A DNA stretch of 64,000 nucleotides from Octopus bimaculoides (taxonomy: Eukaryota), in assembly GCF_001194135.2 (NCBI RefSeq), contig NC_068998.1:51559191-51623190 (forward strand), in the 5' to 3' direction. The translations under genes and the position numbers were made by a program. This document shows positions 13,420 to 25,744 of this stretch, in pieces (the first letter of the stretch is position 1; each line of letters begins with the position of its first letter). A model generated the notes under the pieces. It was not told the origin of the DNA, ran no database searches, and saw only the letters and a program-made list of their open reading frames with translations.

Positions 13420-14090
13420 GGCCTGATAGAGTAGATTTACGATGAAAGGTATTCTGATTATGACCATCCTGTGGGACAGTTCCTCTATGCAGACGAAACC
13501 AGGATATCATTGTCAAATATGTCCTGTCATTTTCTAAGAGAGTGAGGTATGAGTTGAGGAAGATTCAACTGCTGTTTCTAGCAGCTTGATTGACCACGTA
13601 GAGGCTACCTTATTGTTGTGTTGTTGTCCCAATTGTCATGTTAGTTGTTATTATTGTTTAGCCTCTGGTCAACATTGAGTGAACAATCCTATGATCCTAA
13701 GCATTCCAACCATGGCCATTTCACCTCTATCCAGTCATGCATGCCAGACTACATTTGTGAATGTATCCTTTTTAAGACAGTAGACTGTGATTTGAGTGTG
13801 ATTCAGCTGCTATTTCTAACAGCTTGAATGACTGCCCAGAGGCTCCTTCAGAGCTGTCATACTCATACTTGTCACAACAGTGGTTGTTGTTGTATAGCCA
13901 ACCCTTAATAAGCAGTCCTATGATCTTACTCATTCCAACCACGACGGTCTCACCTTTATTCAGTCACTGTATATACCAGACTACATCATCCCATGTGTCC
14001 TGATTAGGACAATAGGCAATGATTTGAGGAAAATTACGTTGCTATTTCTCTCTGGCCACACACTGGAAGCTTCACCTCTCGTTGCTTAGT
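13420..14090 (+). repeat. Three tandem copies (~240 bp) of an unclassified dispersed repeat (family E)
   Basis: Each copy has 'gat..aaagg/cattcca..catg(a/g)cca' followed by 'gat(t)tgag...gattca(a/g)ctgct(g/a)tttcta(g/a)cag..tga..gac'. The 'gctgctatttctagcagg' core recurs about a dozen times elsewhere in the window. Confidence 0.75.
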
Positions 14091-14283
14091 GGTTCTGATA
14101 TTGCTTTCATCATCATTGCCCTTGGTGTACTCAGTGACTGAAATGATAACCTGATTGTTTATTTAGTATTACTAAAATAAACGAAGTAATATGAATGAGA
14201 GTAAACAGATTAGGCTGACAATTAGTGACAGCAACTGATATTAATCTCGTTAATGAAATGCCATGATGAGGATGCTGTTTAGC

Positions 14284-14326
<43 letters not shown>

Positions 14327-14329
14327 CCC

Positions 14330-14705
14330 ACTTATGTGTACCTTTCCTTCATTGGACACAAAACTCTGCTTGTGAAGACCTGTTGAGGCAAGTGATATCG
14401 AAATCGAACCAAATTCCACGACTGGCATCCATGCCAACCTCTCCTTCATTGGACACTAAATGAACCAAATTCGATGGCTGGCACCTGTGCAGGTGGCACT
14501 TAAAAAACACCATGATTGGCTCTTGTGCCGGTGGCACGTAAAAGCTCCACTACACTCTCAGAGTGGTTGGCGTTAGGAAGGGTATCCAGCTGTAGAAACT
14601 TTGCCAGATCAGATTGGAGCCTGGTGCAGCCATCTGGTTCGCCAGTCCGCAGTCAAATCGTCCAACCCATGGAAGGTGGACGTTAAACGATGATGATGAT
14701 GATAT
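14330..14705 (+). mobile_element. RTE-tail element family C, long copy with an internal duplication
   Basis: 'ccttcattggacac' and 'gaaccaaattc' each occur twice; ends 'ggacgttaaacgatgatgatgat'. Confidence 0.85.
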
Positions 14706-15682
14706 ATATATGTATATATATATATATATATATATAGGTGCTAAAACTATGATTCTGAAAAAAATGATCTCTGAAATGTTTGAAGTGTTTTATCTCTGAA
14801 ATATCCTGAAATATCTGAAAGATAAGGTAAGTAACCCTGTTTGACACCGACCGTGGTAAACCGCATACTATACTAGCATCCAATTATTTATATAGCTTTA
14901 GCTACTTTGACTTCAACCATTAAAGGCAATTTATTTCGCGTCTCTCAAAGTTTCTAGTTCTTTTAATATAAACAGTATACATCTATTTGTCAGTCGGTTG
15001 CTTTGTTGGCCTGTCAATTTGTGTATGGGTGATTTATTCCCCGCCCCAGGAAAACTGTTGCACAATAATTAGATTATTCAATGACTTATAAAACAGCTTT
15101 GTATGTTACTACTTTTACTGCTATTAAAGAATTCTAGTGAGACAGAATCAGAATCCTAGAATCCTATATTCTTGAAGAATTATTAGAAGTGACTTACCAG
15201 AAGATATATATGTGTGGCACTACTGACCTCTAGGATTTAGAAAATGATCTACTTTTTGCAATATAAATAGCTGTATCCTAAATTGTAGTCATAGTTGTGG
15301 AGGTGGAAGCTGTTAGCTGTCAGCCATAATGTCACTATTACTGTTTTATCATGACTAGGTTTGTTGTCAGAAAGTTTCGTCCTAGTTTGTTTTTTTAAAA
15401 CATTATAATATTGTTTCAGGAAGGTTTGGCTGCTATTTCTAGTAGGTTGAGAGACCACTTAAAGGTCTCTTGTGTGCTGTTCTCATGGCGACAAACAATT
15501 GCAACTTCCAGTGTATTCATCATTTAAAGATTCGATTAGCTAAATTTACATAATTTTAAAAGTTAGTAAATTTTTTATCATTAATTTCTTGAAAATAAGT
15601 TAATGCAATTTTTTGCCCTCATCATACAAAACTACATCGGAACTATGTGTTTTGTTAAAAAATGGTGGAAGGAACTTAACAA

Positions 15683-16050
15683 GGCGCAGGAGTGGCTGTG
15701 TGGTAAGTAGCTTGCTTACCAACCATATGGTTCCAGGTTCAGTCCCACTGTGTGACCCCTTGGGCGAGTGTCTTCTACTATAGCCTCATGCCAACCAAAG
15801 CCTTGTGAGTGGATTTTGTAGATGGAAACTGAAAGAAGCCCATCATATATATATATATATATGTGTGTGTATGTGTGTGTGTGTTTACGTTGCCATAACT
15901 TACTGGTTTGGCAAAAGACACCAATAGAATAAGAACCAGGTTTAACAAAAAAACATTAAATACTGGCATCAATTTGTTTGACTAACAATTCTTCAAGGTG
16001 GTGTTCCAGCATGGCCATAATCTAATGACTGAACAAGTGGATGATAAAAA
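15683..16050 (+). mobile_element. SINE family A, near full length
   Basis: Starts 'ggcgcaggagtggctgtgtggtaagtagc...ccaggttcagtcccactg'; ends 'ccagcatggccataatctaatgactgaacaag'. Confidence 0.9.
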
Positions 16051-16800
16051 ATAACACACTTCATTTCACATTGCTCCTGCCAACTCACCTGCAAAACTTG
16101 AAACTGGCCTTATGAAATGCTATAATTTCTTCATAGTCACATAACTTACTAGAAATAGCAGCCAAGTTTCCTACTAAAAGAAAAAAATGGAAGGACACCT
16201 TGACTACATACAGAAAAAGATACACAAAAAGATGTGAGAATGCCTTAGATCATTTGTCTGTTTGCTTAATTAACACTAATTAATCTGAGGCAAAAAAAAA
16301 AAAATTAAAAATACAGATCATTTAGTTTTTAATATATCAGACCTGTTCCCTCTAGGATTTGAACCTACAATATAAAGGGATGTTAATTCATACCACAAAA
16401 CACTTTGTCTAGCGTTCAGTAGGATTAATTCAATTAACTGCATACATTTCTAGACCAGAATTTACTTTTAGATTTGGTATACAGACCAGAATTCAATGTT
16501 TGGTAATTATTAAAAAAAAAAAAAATCAATATTATTTTACATCATTTCATTTATTATTTACATAAAATAAAAAAAAATGGAAAAAAGTAATGGAAATGAA
16601 GAATAAAAGAAATAAGGCAATACTTAGCGAAATGGAATTGTTTTCTTTGTTAATTTTGCATGATCATCATTACTACCATCATAACCATTATTCATCCTTA
16701 GTTTGGCATCAATACCAGCATGAGTATATGTATATATGTGTGTGTATGTGTGTCTGTGTGTGTGTATATATATATATGTGTGTGTGGGTGTATCTGTCTG

Positions 16801-16840
<40 letters not shown>

Positions 16841-17574
16841 TATATCCTGGGAATAATTACCACAAATAGATATGTATTTGATAGATACTTTTTATGTTGT
16901 TTCTATTTAATTCATTTTCCATGTTATTTTTCTGTATTTTCTGTGCAGTTTCTCTCTAATTAACATTATATAATGCTAATTTCAATTATTGATGAAGTTC
17001 TTGTTAATGTCATTGGTGTTGCTGGTCATGAGGGGCTGGTTATATGCACACGAGTGTGCTACTGAAACATTTTAAACGTTTCCTACGAGCAGAAGAAGCA
17101 TGGATGTGTAGTGAAAAAGTGAGTCAGCGCCACAAACAAACATTCGTGTGTCTCAGGTTCGATCTCACGACATACAGAGGAAGTGTCTTCAACCATTGCC
17201 TTGGGGCAATCGGTGCCTTCATCATTATCATCAGCGTCATCATCATTTAATGTCCGTTTTCCATGCTCACATAAGCTTGACCAGGGCTGGTAAACCGGAG
17301 AGCTGCACCAGGCACTGGTCTGTTTCAGCTTGGATTTTATGGCTGGATGCCCTTCCTAATGCCAACCCTTCCCCAGAGTGTACTGGGTATCTCTCACATG
17401 TCATTGACACGGGTTCCTCTAATGTGTCACTGGCATGGGTGTGTATAAAATTTGGTGGAGGCAAAAATCATTAGGGGGCCTTATGGAATCGGCCATTTGC
17501 ATTGATTCTGAGCTGTTAGATCATCACAGACCCCAAAACATCTCACTGCCGTTCCTGACATGTCCATGTGTCCT

Positions 17575-18098
17575 TTCTTTCACTCATTTACTCGTTTCAG
17601 TCATTCAATTGCGGCCATGCTGGAGCACCACCTTTAGTCAAACAAATTGACCCCACGACTTATTCTTTGTATACCTAGTACTTATTCTATCGGTCTCACT
17701 AAGCTATGGGGACATAAACACACCAACATCGGTTGTCAAATGAAGGGGTGGGGGCAAAACACAGACACAAAGACAGACACACATAAATATGGCAAGGTTT
17801 CTACAGCTGGATGTTCTTCCTAGAAACCTTGCCAAATCAGATTGGAACCTGGTGCAGTCTCCTGGCTTGCCGGTCCTCAGCCAAACTGTCCAACCCATGC
17901 CAGCATGGAAAGTGGACGTTGAACGATGATGATGATGATGATACAATGGTCTTCTTTCAGTTTCCGTCTACCAATTCCACTCACAAAGCTTTGGTCAGCC
18001 TGAGGTTATAGAAGAAGATACTTGCCCAAGGTGTCACACAGTGGGACTGAACCCAGAACCATGTGGTTGAGAAGCAAGCTTCTTTACCACACAGCCTA
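17575..18098 (-). mobile_element. SINE family A interrupted by a family C insertion (~17790-17942, + strand)
   Basis: Family A tail at 17575-17780 and head at 17945-18098 flank a family C copy ending (GAT)n. Confidence 0.85.
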
Positions 18099-18319
18099 TG
18101 CATCTCTATTTATTTCCTGTCATCCTGTGTACTTTTATGCATCTCCTTATGGCTATCATTGCCGTATTCTTTTACTTACTGCTGTTTTCTTCCCCTTCTT
18201 TTATTCATTTCCATGTTGGAACCAAATACAAGTATTTTCAATACATAAGCAGTAAATGAATGAAAGAAGATGTGTGTATGTGTGTGTGTGTGTCTGTTAT
18301 GTGTGTGTGTGTACGTGTG

Positions 18320-18562
18320 TGTCTGTTATGTGTATAAATACATGAGTGCAGGTGCATGTATACATCTATAAACACATGTGTATACATGTATGTTCTATGT
18401 ATTAATATGTATACATATTTGAGTGTGTGTGTGTATATATGTGTGTGTGTCTATTATGTGTATAACTACGTGAGTGTGTGCATGTATACATCTATAAATA
18501 AACATGTGTATATGCCTATATTCTACGTATTAATATGTATACATATTTGAGAGTGTGTGTGT
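18320..18562. repeat. Local ~125-bp direct duplication
   Basis: 'tgcatgtatacatctataaa...tattaatatgtatacatatttgag(a)gtgtgtg' occurs twice. Confidence 0.85.
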
Positions 18563-20005
18563 GCGTTATCCATAAACATAAATTTTTATCTAAAATATTC
18601 TAAAATTTATAAACCGCATGGTATCAAACTCTGAAAGAATATTTATTTCTAAAATTCTTAAATGCTTAACTATTATGCCTATTTGGTGTCGTGTTATTCC
18701 AATCCAACAGTAAACCTTTCTTGTTCAATAAAAGCTCTTAAGAACTCCTGTAATGCTCTTGCAGTTTGCATTTACCATTTTACTAAAGTAGAACTTCACA
18801 AGAATTCTCTGGCTTTCCATCTCTTATAATGTATTGACTAATTCTTCAATAGCGTATTGTTGCATAATGATATTGACTCCCTCTCTCCCTCCTGGTCTCA
18901 CTCAATAAATCCCTTTCTTTCTCTCTCTTTTGTCTTTTACTTCTTTTGTCTTTTACTTATTCCAGTCATTTAGACTGTGGCCATGCTGGGGCACCGCTTT
19001 GAAGATTTTTAGTCAAATGCATCAACCCCAGTACTTTTCTTTGTTTTTAAGTCTTGTACTTATTCCGTTGGTCTCATTTGCCAAACTGCTAAGTTACAGG
19101 GATATAACCACACCAACACCGGCTATCAGGTGGTGGTGGATCAACATCAATGGCTGAGGATTAGCATCACGTTTTGAAACTTAAAGTACCAATGAATTTG
19201 AATCAAAATTTTTTGATCCATGTGTCGGTTGTCAAGTGATGGTAGAGGAGACAATCACAGACACATACATGTGTGTGTGTGTGTGTGTGTGTATACAACG
19301 GGCTTCTTTGAGTTTCCATCTACCAAATCTACTCACAAGGCTTTAGTCGGCCTGAGGCTATAGTAGAAGACACCCAAGATACCACACAGTGAGACTGAAC
19401 CCAGAGCTATGTGGTTGGTAAGCAAGCCACTTATCACATAACCACGTTTGTGCCTATAGTTTAATTAGTTTTATATAATGTGTAAATAAATATATCAACC
19501 AACCTAACCCATTTCATGACATGCTAAACAACATTGCCATTTGTTTAGACACACCCACTTGCCTATGACTTTCTTGGCTGATAAGCTTTTAAAGCCATCT
19601 CTCTTCTATTTTTATATCATTCCTTATGTAACATATACTATTAAACATTGTTTATGAATTTTCTAGAAAAACTTTGTAAAGAAATCCTTTCAATTTTTTT
19701 TACAACTATGTCTTTCTCTGAAAATTAAAAAAAATTATTTAACTTAATTTATTTTATTTATATTTATTTTTATTTTTATTTTTGCTTTGGTTTTTAAAAT
19801 TTAGTTTATTAATTAGTAAATACTTTGAAGAGTATCTTATCTGTGGTTGTTTAGCACCAGATCACCCTTCATTGAACAGATCCATGTTGAAATGCATTCC
19901 AGTAATGGCCATCATGCCTAGATATAGGGAATATCAAGGATTACACTGTGTTTGTGATACACATTGCCTCTTCCTTAATATATATTTTACTCTCACACTT
20001 CATGT

Positions 20006-20163
20006 CCGGTAAGTTCACCGTCATCGATTCACCGCAGGGAAAGTTCACTGTCATCATTTCACTGCTTCACCGTCATCAATTCTCTGTTGCTTTTTTTTTC
20101 AACAAAATAGTTTTCAATTATTAATGGTGAGATACTATGGATATATTTTCTCGGTAAACTTTC
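20006..20163. mobile_element. Putative MITE remnant with short subterminal repeats (ttcaccgtcatc)
   Basis: Left end 'ccggtaagttcaccgtcatc' with 4-5 internal 'ttcac(c/t)g' repeats; right end 'cggtaaactttc' is an imperfect inverted match. Confidence 0.4.
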
Positions 20164-20292
20164 TTCTGTACTGAGGGACTGGGGGCTGATGTAATCAGTC
20201 CCCAGTACTCAACTGGTACTTATTTCATTGACACTGGAATGATGAAAGGCAAAGTTGACCTTAGCGTAATTTGAACTCAGAACATAAACATG

Positions 20293-20692
20293 GGCACAGG
20301 AGTGGCTGTGTGGTAAGTAGCTTGCTTACCAACCACATGGTTCCGGGTTCAGTCCCATTGCATGGCACCTTGGGCAAGTGTCTTCTGCTATAGCCTCGGA
20401 CTGACCAAAGCCTTGTGAGTGGATTTGGTAGACGGAAACTGAAAGAAGCCTGTCCTATATATGTATATGTGTGTATGTGTTTGTGTGTCTGTGTTTGTCC
20501 CCCCAACATCGCTTGACAACCGATTGTGGTGTGTTTATGTCCACGTAACTTAGCAGTTCGGCAAAATAGACCGATAGAATAAGTACTAGGCTTACAAAAA
20601 ATAAGTCCTGGGGTTGATTTGTTCGACTAAAGGTAGTGCTCCAGCATGGCCACAGTCAAATGACTGAAACAAGTAAAAGAGTAAAAGAGTAA
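20293..20692 (+). mobile_element. SINE family A, full length and well preserved
   Basis: tRNA-like head (tggctgtgtggt A-box-like; gggttcagtccc B-box-like), 'ggcaccttgggcaagtgtctt' CORE-like centre, (TG)n linker, and tail 'gactgaaacaagtaaaagagtaaaagag'. Lies head-to-head with a family B fragment at 20165-20285. Confidence 0.95.
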
Positions 20693-20930
20693 TGGACAAA
20701 ATGCTAAGCGTGTTAGCAATCCTGACTGTTCAACACTTTTCATGTAAATGTAAATATTGTTTTATCTTTAAAGATGTGTTTAATAATTTGGAAACTAATA
20801 ATCTGCCTTGTTGTTTCTGCTTGATTCTTAGTTACCAAGTTGTTCAAAACGGTTTTTTGTATTTTCTAATATCTATTTTAAAGGAATACAATATATTTCA
20901 ATGAATCAATGTATATTGTAAATAATAATA

Positions 20931-20974
<44 letters not shown>

Positions 20975-21049
20975 AATGGTGGATAACTAAAAGTATTCTT
21001 CAGAATTCTTGTAAATTAATATTGTTGTTCTTAGTTTTTATAAATATTT

Positions 21050-22077
21050 ACTTTGCATTATTGGTTTCTTATTTCTAACATTTCATTCTCATAAATAAAT
21101 TTAATAAACAATCTTTAAAAATATATTAGCATTTTAAGAATCCTTGAAATATTTATTTTTGATTGGTTGCTAAGAATTTCATAAGGAAAACCACTTCAAC
21201 TGACAATGTCTTAACCTTCAGAAATATATTTATGGTTTAATACAGAATTAATTTTTTTTTTTTTTTTTTTTTGTGTGTGTTGGAGGAAACACCAGCTTAA
21301 CTTCAGCTGTAAGCATCTGTTTCTAAGTTCGGCTTAATTAAAGATAGTTTAACCCCTTTATTATCATATTTCAAAAATGAAACACATTGCTTTTGTTTCA
21401 ATTAATTTTAAAAATAATAATTTAGTAAAATAACCTCATTTTTAAGCCGGTGTTTGAAACATGAAACAAAATGAAATTTTCATTGAACTACATGGCTTTT
21501 GTTTGAATTAATAAATAATACTACAATATAATAACTTTGTCATTAAACTTGTTACATAAATTTCCATTAACTTTTCTTGGTAATTTATATATCGCCCTTT
21601 CTCCACCCACCCCCTCTCTTCCTAGTACATGTGAACTAAACATTCCTGATGAGCTGGCAATGACCAGGAGAAACTAGTTGAGTTGTTCTTCAATCTGTTC
21701 TGCAGAGAGAGTTCCTGTCTTTTAACACTGGGTCTGTTTGTATGTTTAGCAATTGCATACACAGAAATTTATTCATAATTTATTCATACTATACATAAAT
21801 TTCCGCTTCTCTTAATTCGTTCTTCCCATATTTAACATTTCATTCCCATAAACTAACTTAATATAGAAGCTTTAAAAATATTTCATTAGATTTTTCAAGA
21901 ATCCTTGAAATGTTTTTTTTTTTTTTGCCTTGTTGCTGTGGAATTCATTTAAAAATCCACTTTATTTTTCTGTTTTGACCCTCATAAATATTTCCATGAT
22001 TATTAGCAAATTGAAGTGTTTCTGTTGTAGAAGACTCCAGCTTAGCTTCAGCTACAAGCACCTGCTCTGGCTTGCAT

Positions 22078-22129
<52 letters not shown>

Positions 22130-23300
22130 CCACCACCACCACCACCACCATCATCATCATGATCATCATCCTCATCATCATCATCATTTACGTCCAGTTC
22201 CTCTACTGAATTGGGATGGAGGATTTGGCATGATCTGACAAGCTGCAGAGTTGTGTCTGTCTCCAATGTTGGTTTTGGTATGGTTTCTACAGCCAGATGC
22301 CCTTCACAATGCCAACTGCTTTATAAAGTGTATACTCAGTGTGTCTTTGTGGTCCCAATACTAGTAGGGGTCACCAAGTAATTTGCAAGACAAATAAAAG
22401 AAAGGATAAGGCCCCTCAGCTCAGTGAGAGTGTATTTGAGAGAAAGAGAGGAGTTAAGGATGTTCTAACGGTTATTGCTCCTTTCAGACCACGGCCATGC
22501 TGGAGCACCACCTTGAACAATTTTACTTGAACGAGTTGACCCCAATGCTTGTTTTCCTTTTTTAGAACCTAGTACTTATTCTGTCGGTCTTTTTTGCTGA
22601 ACTGCTAAGTTATGGCGATGTAAAAACACCAACACCAGTTGTCAAGTGGTGGTGGAGGACAAACACACACATATGATGGGCTTCTTTCAGTTTCCATGTA
22701 CCAAATCCTCTCACAAGGCTTTGGTCAACCCAAGACTATCATAGAAGACACTTGCCCAAAGTGCCACAAATTACATCCTGTTATTCTTCCTTTTGATAAA
22801 ATTCTTCCATTTTTTTATTATTCTTCCCCATTTTTTTTTTTATTTATACTTAGAAATGTAATTACTATGGAATCATATAAATATTATATGAAATCTTCTA
22901 GAATATTTTAAATGATTTTTAAAATTTTGTTGTTAAGACTTCATACGAGAACCACTTCAGCTAACAGTGCTTTCTCACTGCCGCAAGCATGTTGCCAAAT
23001 TAAGATGTTTTGCTTTCAGAAAACACCAGCTTCTCCTCATCTATAAGCAGCTGTTTCTATCTTACCTTATGTCTGTCTTTACTTAATAGTCAATTCCGCA
23101 ATTCTTATTGCAAACTATAGTACTCTTCCAATTTTTATTTATTTTTCTTTTTTTTTTCTTTTTCTCATCTATACGAACCAGATATTCACTCCTGGCTATG
23201 TTTAGATAGAATTTTTTTTCTTTTTCTCTCTAGAAATATTTCCTTTACTTCCACAGACAAAACATTTATTTTCAGTTAAAAAAAATATCCTTGAAAAATT
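21050..23300. repeat. Old degenerate local triplication, units ~750-1000 bp apart, interrupted by younger TEs
   Basis: Shared blocks at 21077/21834, 21136/21897, 21190/22951 and 21285/22030/23019. Confidence 0.65.
22075..22790 (-). mobile_element. Family C element with long (CAT)n/(CAC)n tail, followed by a SINE A (22480-22775)
   Basis: (CAT)n then 'tttacgtccag...gccagatgcccttcacaatgccaac'; family A reverse sequence 'ggccatgctggagcaccacc...acaaggctttggtcaacc'. Confidence 0.8.
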
Positions 23301-24194
23301 CTTGGCTTATCTTTGTTGACTTCATTGTAAAGTTTGAAAACGTATTCCATTTAAGTTCATGAGTTTCAATGAGCTCGTTATGCCAGGGCGAGGGTGGGTG
23401 GGACATTTTGATACCCACCCATCCAAAAGCGCCTTTGGTTTTAAAATACTAATTTCTTGCTTTAAACTGGTCTCAATTAAAACCTTGCATTGTAATTTCA
23501 TGTTTATTTTTATCCAAAACATCAGATTAATAATTAGAAAATTATTTCAATTAACTCTTCATTGTTTTCGAAATTAATTGAGGCGATGGCAGAAATGTGG
23601 ACACAAAAGATTTAAAACTGAGTTGCATCTGAAAGGAGAGGAGAGAAATTTTTCACTAGATTGAAAACAAATCTTCCTTCTGAAACAAATGGTCACTCTA
23701 AAAATTTCAAATACCTTTTCTCTCTGACAAATAAAATTAGTCAGCCAGGTACTCTTTCCTGTATAAACGTTTCTTATTCAAGCCAACCCTACTTTCTTTG
23801 GCTTCTGTTTTTTTACTTTTCACTTATCATTTATGACAGTATTAACCAAAGTGTTTCCTAAAAGAGCCTGAAGGTGTGATCGCTGCCTTTTTAAGGAAAC
23901 AAACCATCATCATCATCATCACCACTAACTTCTACATCCATATCCCATGCCGGTATGGTTTAGATGGATTGATGGGATCTGATGGGTCTAAGGACCACAC
24001 CGTGTTTCAATGTTTGCTTTGGCATGGTGGCTGCTGTTGCATGCTATACTTTACAGACTGTACTGGGTACTTTTTTAGATAAGACCAACATTAGTGAGGT
24101 TGTCATGCATGTCACAAGACTAAAATTGCCTGGATCTTAGAAGACAGTAAAGAGATAAAGGGTTTTATGCTAGGAGACGAGGGGCTAAAGCAGG

Positions 24195-24385
24195 GGCCAG
24201 TGAACCAGGGTAAATTACCCTAAGTGGGTTAAAAATGGAATTCTTGCGGTTACTGAGGACACATTAGATATAAGTAAAATTATTTAAAAAAACATGTTCC
24301 CTGTTATCTATGATTTTCTTCCATTCAGATCAAGGGGGTAACATCAGCGTAAATGAATTTACTTGGGGGTAATTGTTTAAAAATC
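24195..24385. mobile_element. Putative DNA-transposon MITE; a homologous end lies at 10660-10735 in the opposite orientation
   Basis: End motif 'agggtaaattaccctaagtg' (internal palindrome) vs 'tacttgggggtaatt'; about 70 bp match the reverse complement of 10660-10735. Confidence 0.5.
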
Positions 24386-25690
24386 ATCTCTGTCTAATTG
24401 TTGAGAGGACGTTGGTGTTGCCTTGGTGGACGTTTGCGCTCTCTGAGTGCTCTTCTTTGTCTTGTTTTCATTCTCCTCACTTCTCAGTGTGTGACTACTT
24501 AATTATCAGCTTTCAGCAAATCTGCTAAATGGATGGTCAGACTGGCTGTGTTCAGAGTTCTAGCCTGGCAACACTCTCTGTAATTAATTTTATCAATACC
24601 ATGTGACCACCGAGCATGTGATCTCTGTTCTATTGTTGTTTCGTCTTTGACTGAATAAAGTCATGGTCAAGACTAATCAAACCATGAGCATTTCTTCTTT
24701 GTGTCAAGGCAAGCACCCATGTTAAGTTGAATATAAAGATTATCTTTTGGTATTAATACAGCTTCTATCAATAGTAATTAATTATTAATAAGCCTGCTGG
24801 CTATTTGCGACATCAGCATCTGAAAGGATGCAGAAATTCTATACATCATAGCAGTGAGATCTGACTGGCATGAGGTGACTGATACTTCTTACTGAGGGTT
24901 CCAGTAGACCGAAATCACACGTTATGGGAATTTCACTCCCCATGACAGACACATCTCAACTGTTATGATATATGTGGGTACTTTTATGCACCAATTGCTT
25001 AAATGAGAGGTTCCCTCAAGCCTAATAACACAGTATTTGGTGTTCTTATAAGGCATTCAATTTAAATTAGATATAAAGATTATTATTTATTTTTTGTATT
25101 AATGTGCTTCCATTGCTAATAATTAATATCTCGATTATTTAAAGTGTTCATCCTTTTTCAAGGTGTCGTAATGATTATAATGTTGGGAAGGTTTGGTTGG
25201 TTGTCATTTCTAGCAGGTTAAGTGACTATATAGCCACTTCCATGGTTCCATTAGAGATTTGGGGTCAATATAATTGACTGACCCTTTCCCTTGGAATTAC
25301 TGGCCTTGTGCCAAAATATGGAACCATTATTATCACGTTTCATGTGCGTCTTTACTGACTTCACCTCCATGTTACCAAGGTGTGTGTAGCTGCATTATCT
25401 TTTGAGAATACGGAATGGTTAACCCTGTTTCACTTTGATACTGGCTTTTATTTTGTTGTTTCTGGTGTTGTTTTACTGTTTTGCCTATTTGTTGTATAGA
25501 GTATATACAATGTAACTCATGTTATTTTCTGCTTTGAGGTGATTGCATTTCACATGTGGCATGTGTTTGGTATTACATGTTTTTAGTGTCAGGCTGGTTA
25601 TTGTGTAAAGTAGGTGCTCTGTTGGTGGCTGGTGTTAGATATTTTAGTGTCAGGTGGTTATTATTTGGAACACATACGCTGCATTATTTG

Positions 25691-25744
<54 letters not shown>

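Noticed and set aside
14735-14832. Strong donor AAG|GTAAGT at ~14826
   Set aside because: Upstream sequence is closed in all three frames from the nearest AG, which lies in (TA)n; it could only be a non-coding exon and has no further support.
21280-23060. Mutually exclusive coding-exon array explanation for the triplicated KQxLxxExKLV block
   Set aside because: Substitutions among the copies fall mostly at codon positions 1-2, in-frame stops lie close by, and there are no consistent splice sites.
10660-24385. Homologous inverted ends at 10660-10735 and 24200-24280 as TIRs of one 13.5-kb transposon
   Set aside because: The termini face away from the interval rather than bracketing it, so they are two independent copies.
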